In this document: one piece after another, positions 11,430-29,251 of the stretch
Numbering within the stretch: position 1 is the stretch's first letter
Layout: every line of letters starts with the position of its first letter
Source: Eledone cirrhosa
Taxonomy: Eukaryota
DNA length: 64,000 nucleotides
Assembly (NCBI GenBank): GCA_964016885.1
Contig: OZ024742.1
Span: 12,958,001-13,022,000 of the forward strand
Reading direction: 5' to 3'
Position numbers and translations under genes: made by a program
The notes under the pieces: model-generated
Told to the model about the DNA's origin: nothing
Seen by the model: only the letters and a program-made list of their open reading frames with translations
Database searches by the model: none

Positions 11430-14398
11430 GTTTGTATATGTATAATAAAGCCAAAACAATGCAGGTATGGACATAGAATAAAGAATGCAAAAGATATTGT
11501 TGACAATTAGTCTTTTACCTTAGATTTATTTAAATGTCCTTAATTTTCGAGATAATATCTCTTCTTCGGAGGGAAGTAAAGTTGTTAAACCAGTGTTCCA
11601 AATAGCTTGCCAAGTCATGCTGACAGGAAATAGTATAGGGTATCTGTTCTATCTCTAATGTCAAAGAGTTATGGTTAGGTGGATAAAGAGTAGTCTCCCT
11701 TTAAAAGGTTTGGTTTTTTTTTACATGCCTGTTTAAGTGCGTGGGAGAATGCGTGAATGTGTAAGTATGTGTGTATGTGTATGTGAGTGTGAGAAGATAT
11801 GTCTATACGTAAATGTGGGGGATAGATGTTCTCTCGTGTTAGAACTGCTCTTTGTGTGTGTATGTGTGTGTGTGAGAGAAAATAAGTGGAGGTGTAATCG
11901 TGTGTGTGTGTGTGTGCGTGTTTGTGGGAGGGGGAGGGGTGTAAATACGGGGCTAGATGCTCTATCAAGTTATAAATTGGATGTTGAGTTCTACTCTATT
12001 ATTGATTGGTGGTAGTGTTTTGTCTATAATTAGTGCTTCCTTAATTCTAAGATTGCCGAGGTTTCTTTCCTTAGTTTCTATCCTAACTGTTATGGTTTTT
12101 TCGGTGTTTTTGCATTTAACTAGGTGTTTCTTAAATGAGGAGGCGTTAGTATTGAAGTGTTCTTTTATTCTTATGTGGAGTGGTCTGGTGGTGCTACCTA
12201 CGTAGAAGTTTCTGCATTTGTCGCATTCTAGTCTGTATACAACGTAAGCCTGGTGGCATAGGTCTGTGTCGTTGATGGGACAGTTGGCTAGCCTGCAGCG
12301 GTTGTCATGTCTGGTGGAGTGTCTTTTGGTTAGCTGTCCGCGTAGAGAAGGACCTGAGTGGGCCAGTTGGATATCTAGTCCCTCTCTTTTGATAGCTCTG
12401 CGAATGGCTGTTGTTGTTTCGTCACTGAAGTGTGGGAGCTTCAGGAAGCAAGTGTTAGTGCCTCGGGTGTGGTGTCCTCTGTTCTTTCTGGCACGGTCTG
12501 TGGTGCATGTCGTGTATCCGTTCAGTTTGAGTACTTCCAGGAAATGTGTGGTGTGTGTGTCTCGGTCTCTAGCGTCGGTGCATTTGTTCCGGATACGTGT
12601 TAGTTCGTTCCTTATGTATCCGAACTTAGCGCCGACTGGGAGGGCCGATCTGAAATGTACGGACAGGTCCCTGCTGGCGGCTTTTTTTATAGAAGCACGT
12701 GGGGATGTTGCCTTCCTCTGTTACCCTGAGTTGGAAGTCCAGTAGGGATAGGGATCCGCAGTCATCGGGGTGTTCCATGCTGAACTTTATACTGGCGTCC
12801 ATGCTGGATAATGTTGTGTATATTTTATCCGCCTCCTCACGGGATGATGTAAGGATGAGTATGTCATCTACATATCGGGTGAAGAAGGTATGGGAATGGC
12901 AGGTATTGAGGGCTCGGCATACTAGCTAGTTCATATAGGTGATGGCCAGCAGGCCCGATAGGCTGGATCCATGGGTAATCCTGTTGTCTGTCTGTATGTG
13001 TGGTGGTGGAAGGTGAAGTATGTGTTGTCCACTGTGAAGGACAAAAGCTGGTGTATGTCCGTCGGATGGAGGCCGTAGCAGTGGATGTCCTCTGCGACCA
13101 TGCAGTCCGTCAATAAATCGACAGCTGGATGAGCGGGGACTGTAGTGTAGAGGGAGACCACGTCGAGGCTAAAGGCGTATCAATTTAGTTTAAGTTGTTC
13201 TGGCTGGAGTTGGTGTAGTCTACGTATGACTTCGTCGGAGCTACTGACATGCCCAGGGAAGGTGGAGAGTAGAGGCTTGAGGACCTGGGAGAGGAGCCAG
13301 GAGATTTTGTATAGGGGTCCTTCTATGCTAGAGACGATGGGTCTTATTTGTGTCTTAGTACTATTCTTGTGGGTCTTGATGTGGTGATAGAAAGTGGGCA
13401 GTCTGCTATTTCTAGTGGTGTAATTGAGCTTAACTTTATTTGGGAGTTGTCTTCTCCTACAGATGTCGAACCAGATGGAGTTGGTCTGTTTTTCGATCTG
13501 GGCTGCACTCATGTCCGGGATCTCTGTATATAATATACATTGTCGCTTAGGTGTTCAAAGGCTAGGTTGTTGTATGTGGTTTGAGAAATGACGCAACACT
13601 CTTTACTTTTGTCGGATGGTAAGTATATAAGTTCCCTATTCCGTAGGTTCTTCAGGGCGAGTTGTTGTGTCCTGGAGAGGTTTGGGGCTATCTTCTTCTG
13701 TTTCCGTAAGATGTTAAATACAGAATGTTTTAGCCTCGAGAGTTTTTCTTCAAGCTCGCGGTTGGCAGGCGGTGGACAGAATGGGCGATCCAGTTGGTAT
13801 ATCGGGAATCTCGGTTTGTTAGGTTCCGTGGTGTTGTTGCCGAGAGTCGATATCCATTTTAGTTGGTAGGCAGCCCGACAGAAATTCGTTTCTATGTCGA
13901 GCCATAATTTGTCGTCCAGTCTCTGTTTCAATATGAACTTGGGACCCAGGCTGAGGAGGTCTAATTCCTCTCGGGAGAGGGATCCTGTCAAGTCTGTGAC
14001 GTGTGTTGTTGGTCGGGGCGCCGCTAGGTTCGGTGTTGGTACCGTCTTGTTCGCCTCTGTTGGTGCTTAGAGTTGGGATGTTGTTAAGACGGTTAGCCGT
14101 GCTGAGTTTGAGAAATTTTTGCGTGAGGCGTATTTTCTCGTAGTCTCGGTAATGGTGGTATGAGCTGTCTATAGTGGCGGAGATAACTCTGGACAGAGGT
14201 TCTGGGGTTTCAGCGAGTTGTGGTACAAGGCTGGAAATAGTCCGTATGTGTTGTTGTAGCGTGCGGTGTAGGTGTTGTATGAGTTTTCTTAGGCAGAATT
14301 TTTGTATGTAGTTAAGTGATCGTTTGAGGGCTGGTGATTTGAAGCATGTTGGTAGGTGCAAGTTTTTGATATTTTGGGGATGATGTTGTTATTATGGG

Positions 14399-14404
<6 letters not shown>
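11426..14404 (-). pseudogene. Penelope/Poseidon-like element (YVDD RT plus GIY-YIG), disrupted; candidate HHR at 11538-11573
   Basis: LSLGPKF, LPSDK, FYHHIKTHK..IRPIVS, FSLDVVSLYT, GLPM, RYVDD, VVYRLECDKCRNFYVGSTTRPLHIRIKEH. Reverse complement: cct-CCGAAGA-agagat..atctc-GAAA-at-TA-agg. Confidence 0.9.
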
Positions 14405-14459
<55 letters not shown>

Positions 14460-14465
<6 letters not shown>

Positions 14466-15490
14466 AGTTAATATACCCAAGGATACTAAGTACCCCTGGA
14501 AATATATAGGTTGTCTATGATTTAAGGTTGTTCTATGGTATTAATTTGACATACCAGAACTATAATATTAAGATAAGCAGAACAAGCAAAATTCAACCAA
14601 TTTTTTTAAATAAATTAAAAAATATAATTTAAATATTTACCTATTCTTTTGGCCCTGACCGATTGGTTTCGCTTTGTAAAACACCAGAAATCCAATGGAT
14701 TTCTAATGGAAAATCAAAGTTCATCAGAGAAGCATTTTCCTTTCCTAGGGCTAAAGACCCAGGAACGATAAAATATATTGTTGTCCGCCAGCTAGCACGG
14801 AACTAATAAGGTCGAAAAATGACCCGTACGTGAACTGCCCGAGGTAAGAGCGGGAAAAACATAGACGTGTTGTCTATCTCGTTACTAAAAATAGCAGCTA
14901 AATAGAAACAACAGATTTGTTCTCTACATAACGGAGAATATTTAAATTATATTTTTTTTTTTATTTTAAAAAATTGATTGAATTTTGCTTGTTCTGCTTA
15001 TCTTAATATTATAGTTCTGGTATGTCAAATTAATACCATAGAACAACCTTAAATCATAGACAACCTATATATTTCCAGGGGTACTTAGTATCCTTGGGTA
15101 TATTAACTTCTTTTAATATTCTCCGTTATGTAGAGAACAAATCTGTTGTTTCTATTTAGCTGCTATTTTTAGTAACGAGATAGACAACACGTCTATGTTT
15201 TTCCCGCTCTTACCTCGGGCAGTTCACGTACGGGTCATTTTTCAACCTTATTAGATCCGTGCTAGCTGGCGGACAACAATATATTTTATCGTTCCTGGGT
15301 CTTTAGCCCTAGGAAAGGAAAATGCTTCTCTGATGAACTTTGATTTTCCATTAGAAATCCATTGGATTTCTGGTGTTTTACAAAGCGAAACCAATCGGTC
15401 AGGGCCAAAAGAATAGGTAAATATTTAAATTATATTTTTTAATTTATTTTAAAAAATTGGTTGAATTTTGCTTGTTCTGCTTATCTTAAT
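14460..15490. mobile_element. Retrozyme-like element: ~480-nt monomer, inverted and circularly permuted; HHRs at 14653-14732 (-) and 15325-15404 (+)
   Basis: Left is rc(B-A), right is A-B-A'. cttct-CTGATGA(15330)-actttg..caaagc-GAAA-cc.aatc.gg-TC-aggg. Confidence 0.85.
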
Positions 15491-15507
15491 ATATATATAT
15501 ATATATA

Positions 15508-16058
15508 TGTAGATAAATCTACCAAGAGTTTACGGTAGTGTCCAATCCGTATGAAGAACTCAATGTAATCCGGATATCATGGAAAGAAGAGATGCAATGA
15601 AAAATCACTTTCGGTGAAAGATAAACGGAATACAGAGTCAAGATAAGATATTAAAAAAATAATGAATAAAACAATGAAACAGTTCCTTATATTAAACAAA
15701 AAAAGTTCATTATTTAACGATCGTTTCTGGGATATATATGTGTTAGAATTGGCATGTATATTTAACAGATCTATGTACAAAATTATACAAAATTATACAA
15801 ACTATCAAAATTAAATATACATACCAACTCATATATATGCCGTCTTCAGAAATAATTCTGAAGACGGCATATATATGAGTTGGTATGTATATTTAATTTT
15901 GATAGTTTGTATAATTTGTATAATTTTGTACATAGATCTGTTAAATATACATGCCAATTCTAACACATATATATCCCAGAAACGATCGTTGAATAATGAA
16001 CTTTTTTTGTTTAATATAAGGAACTGTTTCATTATTTTATTCATTATTTTTTTAATAT

Positions 16059-16063
<5 letters not shown>
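15508..16063. mobile_element. Fold-back (about 208-bp arms) with a long-stem-II HHR in each arm
   Basis: 15643-15851 inverts 15856-16063; CTGAAGA(15858)...GAAA(15979)-cgatcg-TT; about 135-nt tail on the left. Confidence 0.8.
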
Positions 16064-16123
<60 letters not shown>

Positions 16124-16131
16124 ACATATAC

Positions 16132-16164
<33 letters not shown>

Positions 16165-16194
16165 TGTATGTATATATACACACGCACTGATATA

Positions 16195-16882
16195 TCTGTA
16201 TATTTATAAAATTAAGTATGTGTGTGTGTCTGTGTGTCTGTGTATTACCTATAGGGGCCTACATCTTACGACAGATTTTCATGAAACTTTACAGGCTCAT
16301 AGATTAGTCATCGGGGAGTGTTTTCTGTATATCAGCGTATCGTCTTAAAGTGGCTTTACATTTTGGATCTTTTGTTCAGGAACGGCGTGGCAGCCGCTTA
16401 AATATTCGAAAATACCACCTTTTCGCTCAAATTTCCGCCTTTTCGGCTCTAGCTCCCACATTTTTCAACGGATTTCGTTAAAATTCGAAACTTCGGCTCC
16501 ACCTCACACATAAATCAATTTATTTGGTTCAACTTTTATACTACGATAGAACCTATCATTGCACATCTTATAGATGGTCAAAGGCAAAATGATGGCCACT
16601 GACGTCGTCTGAGCTTTTAGTTGTGTATTTGAGAATTCATCTGTTTCCAATCAAGTAGCGTGAGGAAATTTGGCTTCGTATTAGCGGTCATTACCTCCCT
16701 TCCCCAGCATGCCCCTTCGTCAGTCACCCGCGTTTCTCAGTGATAGAGGTCATCACCACCCTCCCCCGCATGGCCTTGTGTGGCCATAGATGAGTCATCG
16801 AGAAGCAGTCGCTAAGATCAATACCTTTTCATCAAACCAGATATTATTTTACCTACCCAGGCAACGCTGGGTACTGCAGCTA

Positions 16883-16883
<1 letters not shown>
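16195..16883 (+). mobile_element. Non-autonomous Helitron
   Basis: 5' A|TC; 3' hairpin tacccag-gcaacg-ctgggta then CTAG|T; internal gattttcatgaaactt motif. Confidence 0.75.
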
Positions 16884-16969
<86 letters not shown>

Positions 16970-16972
<3 letters not shown>

Positions 16973-17157
16973 CGAAGGAAATGTGGTAAGGAACCAGGTG
17001 GACCATAACGCACCAAAGTACTCAATACTTAGGGTAGTAGAGTGGGTAATAGGAACAAGTAAGACCCCGACGGCTGAGCTCAAGCCGTTTCGACGGCTTA
17101 TTCTGGACAGAATTAGCCGTCGAAACGGCTTGCTCAGCCGTCGGGGTCTTACTTGTT

Positions 17158-17162
<5 letters not shown>
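16970..17162. mobile_element. Fold-back element, family A
   Basis: Arms about 17049-17105 and 17108-17162; about 78-nt tail; (TA)n flanks. Confidence 0.85.
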
Positions 17163-17238
<76 letters not shown>

Positions 17239-17372
17239 CAGTTAAACAAGATTCAATGAGTATATCAAAGAATGGGTTTTACAGTAGATTGGAAGCACTC
17301 TACGGAAAAAATAATTTTCCAGGGTTATTAATATTAAAATATATGAATAATATAGAATATGTAGATAATAAT

Positions 17373-17550
17373 TGTTTCTATTTTAGGCACAAGGCCAGCA
17401 ATTACCCAGTACATTACTGGTACTTTATTTTATCAACCCCGTAAGGATGAAAGGCAAACTTAACCTCGATGGGATTTGAACTCAGATCGAAAACGGACGT
17501 AACTATGCTGGAAAGCATGTCCGACCCTCTACCGATACTGCCAATTCACC
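17373..17550 (-). mobile_element. tRNA-derived SINE (Meta/MESC-like core) with 17-bp TSD
   Basis: TSD aatatgtagataataat at 17356 and 17551; A and B boxes on the - strand. Confidence 0.85.
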
Positions 17551-18395
17551 AATATGTAGATAATAATAATCCAAGTACTAATCTTGATAAAAATAATAAC
17601 ATATATAAGAGAAACTCTAATAATTATAATTCAAACACCCATACGCCAAATAAATCGAGGATAAGAACTAGAACTAAACCAGTCATATGGTTCGCCCCCC
17701 CCCCCCTGCTTCGGTCGCAATTAAAACACCAATTGCAAGATTTATTCTTTAACGCTTTGGACACCTCTTTCCCTACTCAACATAAATACCATTCCATTTT
17801 TAATAGACATACCATTAAATTCTCGCATTCTACAACTATGAACATGGCTCAAAACATTGCCAAATTAAACACTAAAATCCTAAAACAAAACCACCATAAT
17901 GATCTTAATAATAGAATTAACATAAATAATACTAAACCAAAATGTAATTGTAGAAATAAAACTGATTGCCCTTTGCAAAATAATTGTCTAGATAGTAATT
18001 TGGTTTATAAATGCACCGTAAAAACTGATCACAACACATACAACTACATAGGATCGACTTCTTCTACATTCAAAGCCAGATTTGCGAACCATAAATGCCC
18101 ATTCTCGAACTCCAAGAGGAAATCAACCACTTCTTTATCACGGCTCATATGGTCATTAAAAAAGAGGAATTTAAAATACTCCATTCTTTGGACAAAACTT
18201 CGGAACTGTGGAGTTTACTGCAACTCTAGTATATCAAATAACTGCACGCTCTGTACAATGGAGACCCTGTTGATTATTAATAACTATGAGACCATAACTA
18301 ACAAAAAAAGTGAATTATTCTCTAGTTGCCTTCATAAAGCTACGTCCACATTCTTAGCCTCCCACAAAACTAGAAAAAAGAGAGAGGAATACTAA
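17551..18395 (+). pseudogene. PLE C-terminal GIY-YIG region (5'-truncated); 3' UTR extends to about 20105
   Basis: VIWFAPP, IFNRHTIKFSHSTT, CNCRNKTDCPLQNNC, LVYKC..YIGSTSSTFKARFANH, CTLCTME, NKKSE. The annotated ORF start lies inside the SINE. Confidence 0.88.
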
Positions 18396-19191
18396 ACCAT
18401 TAAAAACTTGGTTGTCAACAGGGAAAAACATTAATGGCCTTTAATATTTCATTATCTTATAACTAATAGAAGAAATAACGCTAGAATGAAAGACACTTGT
18501 TCAATAACACGCCGGAACATTGATATACATAACATAATATTATTAACTTTGATCCATACCATTATTTCTTTATTTCTCTATCTTTATCATCCTATCTAAG
18601 TTTTAAATCCATCTCTATCTTTATCATCCTATCTAAGTTTAATATCCAACCCATACATTTTTACGGAACTTATTTCTAACTGTGAATCTTTCATGCATTG
18701 TTGATCTCTTATTTATAATATGTATGTAATTATATTTTGTAAGTTTTTAAATATACCTACCGCATTTTTATATCCATGATTCAAATATAGAGCAAATATC
18801 CAAACTATAAATTATTATAGACCTTATTTTGAACTCTGAATTATCCATGCATTTATTATTGTTTTTCTTATATATATCTATGTATTTAACTGTAACACGT
18901 CGAATTTTATTATATAAAATTATAACCGTTATCATTTACCTAAAGTATACTGTATCACTAATACCTAATATATATCCATATATACTTCCCTGTATCTTTC
19001 TATACATAATTTTTAGTTAACTTCTAAATTTCTTGATTATTATTTATTTTGAACTATGAATAATTAATGCATTTACACCCTGTTATATATAGGTATATAT
19101 TTAACTTTAGCATGCCTCAATCTATTATTTTATTTTTATTTTCGTTATCATTTACCTAAAATATACTGGTTCATTAATATATATCTATATA

Positions 19192-19375
19192 GGCGGTGGA
19201 TTGGCAGTATCGGTAGAGGATCGGACGCCATGCTTTCCAGCATAGTTACGTCCCTTTACAATCTGAGTTCAAATCCCGCCGAGGTTGACTTTGCCTTTCA
19301 TCCTTACGGGGTCGATAAAATAAAGTACCAGTAATGCACTGGGTAATTGCTGGCCTTGTGCCTAAAGTAGAAACA
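19192..19375 (+). mobile_element. tRNA-derived SINE (Meta/MESC-like core) with 19-bp TSD
   Basis: TGGCAGTATCGG A box, GAGTTCAAATCC B box, GACTTTGCCTTTCATCC..GGGGTCGATAAAA..GTACCAG; TSD attaatatatatctatata. Confidence 0.88.
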
Positions 19376-20026
19376 ATTAATATATATCTATATACATAAT
19401 CGTTATTTAAATATTTCTAACAATAAGTACTTCATAAGATACCATATATGTTGACAATGATTATCTTCGGTAAAGTTTACATTTAGGAAAATATTCAACA
19501 GTGTAAACTTTCCTTTCCGCTGGCCAACTAAATCCTTTAAATGTTATCCTCATAAAATTCAGAATTTTAGAAATGTTAACACACTTATAGAATTTACAAA
19601 ACTAATAAATATAAATAACCAGCAATTTTTTTTTAAAACCTAAAATCTTGATCCTTCACCCTAAAATAGCATAAATTAAATATTTTCAAACTTAACCGTT
19701 TAACTTTCGGAAAAAATCTCCTTCTGCATATATTACCACTTATCTTTCCCTCTCTGTATATCCTATTTCAGTGGCTCTCATTGACTGTTATAATTCATGA
19801 GATGTTTTCCTAGATAAACATAACTTGTAGTATCATACATTTTAAAATCTCTATAACTGTTACATTAAGCAACGTTTTTCTTATTCACACATTCTCTATT
19901 GAACTTATTACGTTTTCGCATTTTCTCATTATTAGGGTATAAATGTTAAATGTTCTCTTAGGTTAATCACTACCTTGATTAAATCTAAACCATTTAACAT
20001 CTCAGGGTATGTCATGTATCATTATA

Positions 20027-20077
20027 TTTTGTCTGATGAGGACGTACTGTTGTACATCCGAAATATGTATAATTAAA
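20027..20077 (+). ncRNA. Type-I hammerhead ribozyme at PLE 3' end
   Basis: ttttgt-CTGATGA(20033)-ggacgtac.tgtt.gtacatcc-GAAA-tatgta-TA. Confidence 0.75.
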
Positions 20078-20099
20078 TGTAATTGATCAAAAGAACATC

Positions 20100-20137
<38 letters not shown>

Positions 20138-20141
<4 letters not shown>

Positions 20142-20821
20142 AATAATAATAGATTTGAAGACTAAAATCCAAAGAGGGCTCGATAAGGTTAAATATATAT
20201 CAAATATATAAGAACCGTAGAGCAAAAATTTATTAAAATAACAGATTAAAGTTTAAGCAAAGAATCGCTGCTTTCACCCTTAACAGGATCTTCTGAAACT
20301 AACAAAGTCAATCTGTAAACGCAGAACTGGATATTTAAAAAAACGTTGCAACCGGAGGCAGACAGGAAGACGATACTTTGGTTCGTGGAAACGTTCCCTG
20401 GCAAAGAACGGGAAAAAACGAATATAATACGTCATTAATAGGAGCGGTGAAAAACAATTACGCGCAAAGACAGAACCACGTTTATGGTATAAAAGAAGTC
20501 GTAGACTAATGTTCTCTTAGGTGGTTCATAGAGATGTTCTCTGGCAATGAACGGAAAAAACGAAGATAATACGTCATATGTGGAGCGTGGAGAACAATTG
20601 CACGCAAAGACAAAACCACGTAAATGGTATAGCTGAAGTCGTAGACTAAAATTCTAATTAGGAAACCGAATGAATCTCCGCTTCAGAGTTAAGAATAAAG
20701 TAAATAAATACAATACAGAGGTAATAGAAATTAAATAAATACATACACGCATGCAAATACGTACATACACAAGCATACGCAAAAACGCTTGCCATAGGTA
20801 TAAAAAACCACGCACATATAA

Positions 20822-20889
<68 letters not shown>

Positions 20890-22328
20890 ATACAAATAAA
20901 TAAATAATTAAATAAACGTATATAAATAAATAAATACGTATAACAAGCGCACACACATACCTACATGTAAATACACAAATGTTCGGAGACGTAAGTCAAC
21001 CAAAACATGAAGTACACATATACACACACCCTATATACGTACGAACCTGCATACTCACACAGACGCAAAACACCCGTATACACATAACCAAACCATATGT
21101 ACCAGAATATATAAAAATTATACGCTATAACATATACAATCAAATATACGTACAAGAAAGTATACGTACCTTCACAAAACATACAGGTAATATATACTTG
21201 CCGATGCAAATAAGTAATGGTATAAACAAAACATATACTTAGCTACCACATCAAGACGTAAAATATCCACGTATAGATCGTACTATCGGTTAGGGTATAA
21301 CGTGGGGCTGTAATACAGGAAAGTTTTGTGCAATTTATGTTTACAAGCCGAAATTGCCTCAGATTTTTTGTTTAAGATGTGGTCTGTGGCGTAGAGTATT
21401 TCCAGGGCCTCAGCGGCGCAGAGGTCACATGGTCTTTTATTTCCGTTATACGATCTAGCCCTAGCTAGGATCTCCCAGTGTAACTTATATTGGGTGTGGT
21501 TGTCTTTTAGACTCCAGATATAAGCCGAAAGTGACGTCATATTCCTTCTTAGAGAGTAACGAAAAGAATGGGTATGCATGTAAAGACGCTGCTTAAATCT
21601 ATTGGCGGTTAACCCTATGTAGGCCCTAAGGGACGTGGGTGTTTCAACCTTACATTTGTAGACAGTGTTACTAGAGAGGCATTTCCCGGATAGGGGACAA
21701 TCAACCCGATTCCTACAATTACAGTTAGTACTAACTACAGGGTTGCACATGTTCCTACGGCTAGGTAGTTTAGCTAAATTTGAAGCTGTGATGTTATGTG
21801 CAAGGTTAGGAGTCGTAGAGTAAGACATTTTAATAGTATTTCTATTAAAAATTTTACTATATTTATGTGTAGGGGGAAAATGCTTCATAATAAGGGAAAG
21901 AAAAATCTTAGCTAATGGTGTGGCCACCTCCATATTATATGGTGGGTTATACCAACAAATGCGACGGGTTCTATTTCTTCTAGGTCTATTTTCGTACTCT
22001 GTATATGCTACCTTATCGACAAATCCACTCCGAGCAAGAGCTTCATTGTAATAAGTGGAATGGTCGTTCAACGACCATAAACGTGGTTCTGTCTTTGCGC
22101 GTAATTGTTTTTCACCGCTCCTATTAATGACATATTATATTCATTTTTTCCCGTTCTTTGCCAGGGAACGTTTCCACGAACCAAAGTATCGTCTTCCTGT
22201 CTTCCTCCGGTTGCAACGTTTTTTTAAATATCCACTTCTGCGTTTACAGATTGACTTTGTTAGTTTCAGAAGATCCCGTTAAGGGTGAAAGCAGCGATTC
22301 TTTGCTTAAACTTTAATCTGTTATTTTA

Positions 22329-22334
<6 letters not shown>
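20138..22334 (-). mobile_element. 5'-truncated PLE with inverted pLTR; HHRs at 20251-20299 (-) and 22263-22311 (+)
   Basis: 20228-20488 inverts 22074-22334; 90-nt tail on the left; (TA)n flanks. Confidence 0.9.
21283..22071 (-). pseudogene. PLE RT thumb end plus GIY-YIG endonuclease fragment
   Basis: YYNEALARSG, WYNPPY, SYSTTPN, CNCRNRVDCPLSGKC, VYKC..YIGLT..FKQR, CDLCAAE. Confidence 0.9.
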
Positions 22335-26893
<4,559 letters not shown>

Positions 26894-26896
<3 letters not shown>

Positions 26897-27050
26897 GAAG
26901 TTATATTTAATTTGTTGGGATTCCAACAAACTTAAAAGTTTATAACTGATATAGAGCACTCAACAGTTTACTGGACCAAATATTCAATATATTAATAAAT
27001 GGAAACTATATTTACTACATATATATAGTTTCCATTTATTAATATATTGT
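26894..27050. mobile_element. Short fold-back of the 22403 family
   Basis: caatatattaataaatggaaactata / tatagtttccatttattaatatattg plus a homologous tail of about 90 nt. Confidence 0.75.
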
Positions 27051-27074
27051 ATATATATATATATGTGTGTGTGT

Positions 27075-27253
<179 letters not shown>

Positions 27254-27323
27254 TATGTGTGTGTCTGTGTGTGTGTCTGTGTGTGTGAGTGTGTGTGTGA
27301 GTGTGTGTGTGAGTGTGTGTGTG

Positions 27324-27441
27324 AAGGTGTGTGGCTGATTGGTTAGGGAACTGGATTCGCACTCGTGAGGTGAACCGTTCGATTCCTGGACCGGGCGATA
27401 CGTTATGTCATTGAACAAGACACTTTATTATACGTTGCTCC
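27324..27441 (+). mobile_element. tRNA-derived SINE head
   Basis: TGGCTGATTGG, GTTCGATTCC, AACAAGACACTTTA..CGTTGCTCC. Confidence 0.7.
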
Positions 27442-27555
27442 TTCTACCTGGAGTTGCGACCGATAGATAGTTTTAGCAATTGGAGAGACCAACGGAAACA
27501 TTGTTTCCTCGGTCCTATTTGACGAAAGTCGATCGACAAATTTATATATATATTT

Positions 27556-27630
<75 letters not shown>

Positions 27631-27632
<2 letters not shown>

Positions 27633-27902
27633 TTATTAAAATAACAGATTAAAGTTTAAGCAAAGAATCGCTGCTTTCACCCTTAACGGGATCTTCTGAA
27701 ACTGTTGGTTAGTTTCAGAAGATTTAGAAGTTTCAGAAAAATTGGTTAGTTTCAGAAGATCCCGTTAAGGAAAGCAGCGATTCCTTGCATAAACTTTAAT
27801 CTGTTATTTTAATATATATTTGCTCTACGGTTCTTATATATTTGATATATATTTACCCTTATCGAGCCCTCTTTGGATTTTAGTCTTCAAATTTATTATT
27901 AT

Positions 27903-27906
<4 letters not shown>
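27631..27906. mobile_element. Solo fold-back of the 20138 PLE pLTR
   Basis: Both arms match 20138-20300 and contain the CAGAAGA HHR. Confidence 0.88.
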
Positions 27907-27948
<42 letters not shown>

Positions 27949-28749
27949 TAAATATAGTCCAAAATAACATTATTTCAAAAATATTCCATACATATACGTA
28001 TAAAAATATATACATATATATACATACATTTGTATACATACATATATAAATGTATGTGAAAGTGAGTGTATATATGTGTATGTGTGCGTGTGTATGTGTG
28101 TACGTATGTATGTGTAAAGCTTGGCCAGAGTATGAACGTGCATATTTTTCATATCTCTAAATTAGTGTTCAACTGAGTGTAACGAGACTATTTTCTGTTT
28201 AAAGATCGTGTCAAGTCGCTATTACACACATGAATCCATCCGTGCCCACTTCAAAGATGGTAAGTGGGACGAAGTAGATTGTATTTATATGTGCATTGCT
28301 GCAAAGGTGAGAGGAAAGATTAGGAAGGCTAGAAAATAATGACAGCTGGCGAGACTGGAAGTGTGAAATGGTGAGATTGCCTACAACTATGGCGGGAACC
28401 AAATATAGAACCTCATGTGTAAAGAAAAAATATATTATCAGCGAAAGAACGGAATTTATGTGTGTCGATATATATATATATATATATATGTACACGCCCC
28501 CCCCCCCCACACACACACATTTTATACTTATGTATATACAAATATATATATATATGTATGTATGCATGTATATGTGTATATACATGTATATATGTGTGTA
28601 TATATATATATATACACACATAAATACATGTATACACACATATATACATGTATATACACATATATTCGTGTATATACACATATACATGCATACATATATA
28701 TATATATTTGTATATACATACATAAAAAATATGTGGGGGGGTGTACATA

Positions 28750-28813
<64 letters not shown>

Positions 28814-28869
28814 CACATATACATGGTATATGTGGATAAATGTATGTATACATATATATATATGTGCGT

Positions 28870-28912
<43 letters not shown>

Positions 28913-29251
28913 TAACAAAGGAATTGTGGTAAGGAACTAGATGGACCATAACGCACCAGAGTACTCAATACTTCGGGTAGTAGAGTGGGAAATAGGAAAA
29001 AGTATGACCTCGACGGCAGAGCTCAAGCCGTTTCGACGGCTATTTCTGGACTAAATTAGAATTTTTAGCCTGGTGAATAAATAGCCGAACTTTTCAAGGG
29101 GGTACTTCTTTATATGGGGTACTTCCTTATAAGGAAGTACCCCCTTGAAAAGTTCGGGTATTTATTGACCAGGCTAAAAATTCTAATTTAGTCCAGAAAT
29201 AGCCGTCGAAACGGCTTGAGCTCTGCCGTCGGTGTCATACTTTTCCCTATA
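28913..29251. mobile_element. Longest family A fold-back; complete U3-A8 HHR at 29141-29234 (+) and its mirror
   Basis: cccc-TTGAAAA(29145)-..tattt...aaata..-GAAA(29208)-cggc..gccg-TC-gg(g)g. Confidence 0.85.

Noticed and set aside
13170-13190. In-frame TGA as selenocysteine (Naiad-type PLE)
   Set aside because: It is not at a conserved Cys, the element has other stops and frameshifts, and I saw no SECIS. The TGA at about 44074 likewise looks like CGA decay.
19192-19290. tRNA genes at A/B-box motifs (also 3509, 27324, 34118, 40184)
   Set aside because: No cloverleaf; they continue into SINE cores and several have TSDs.
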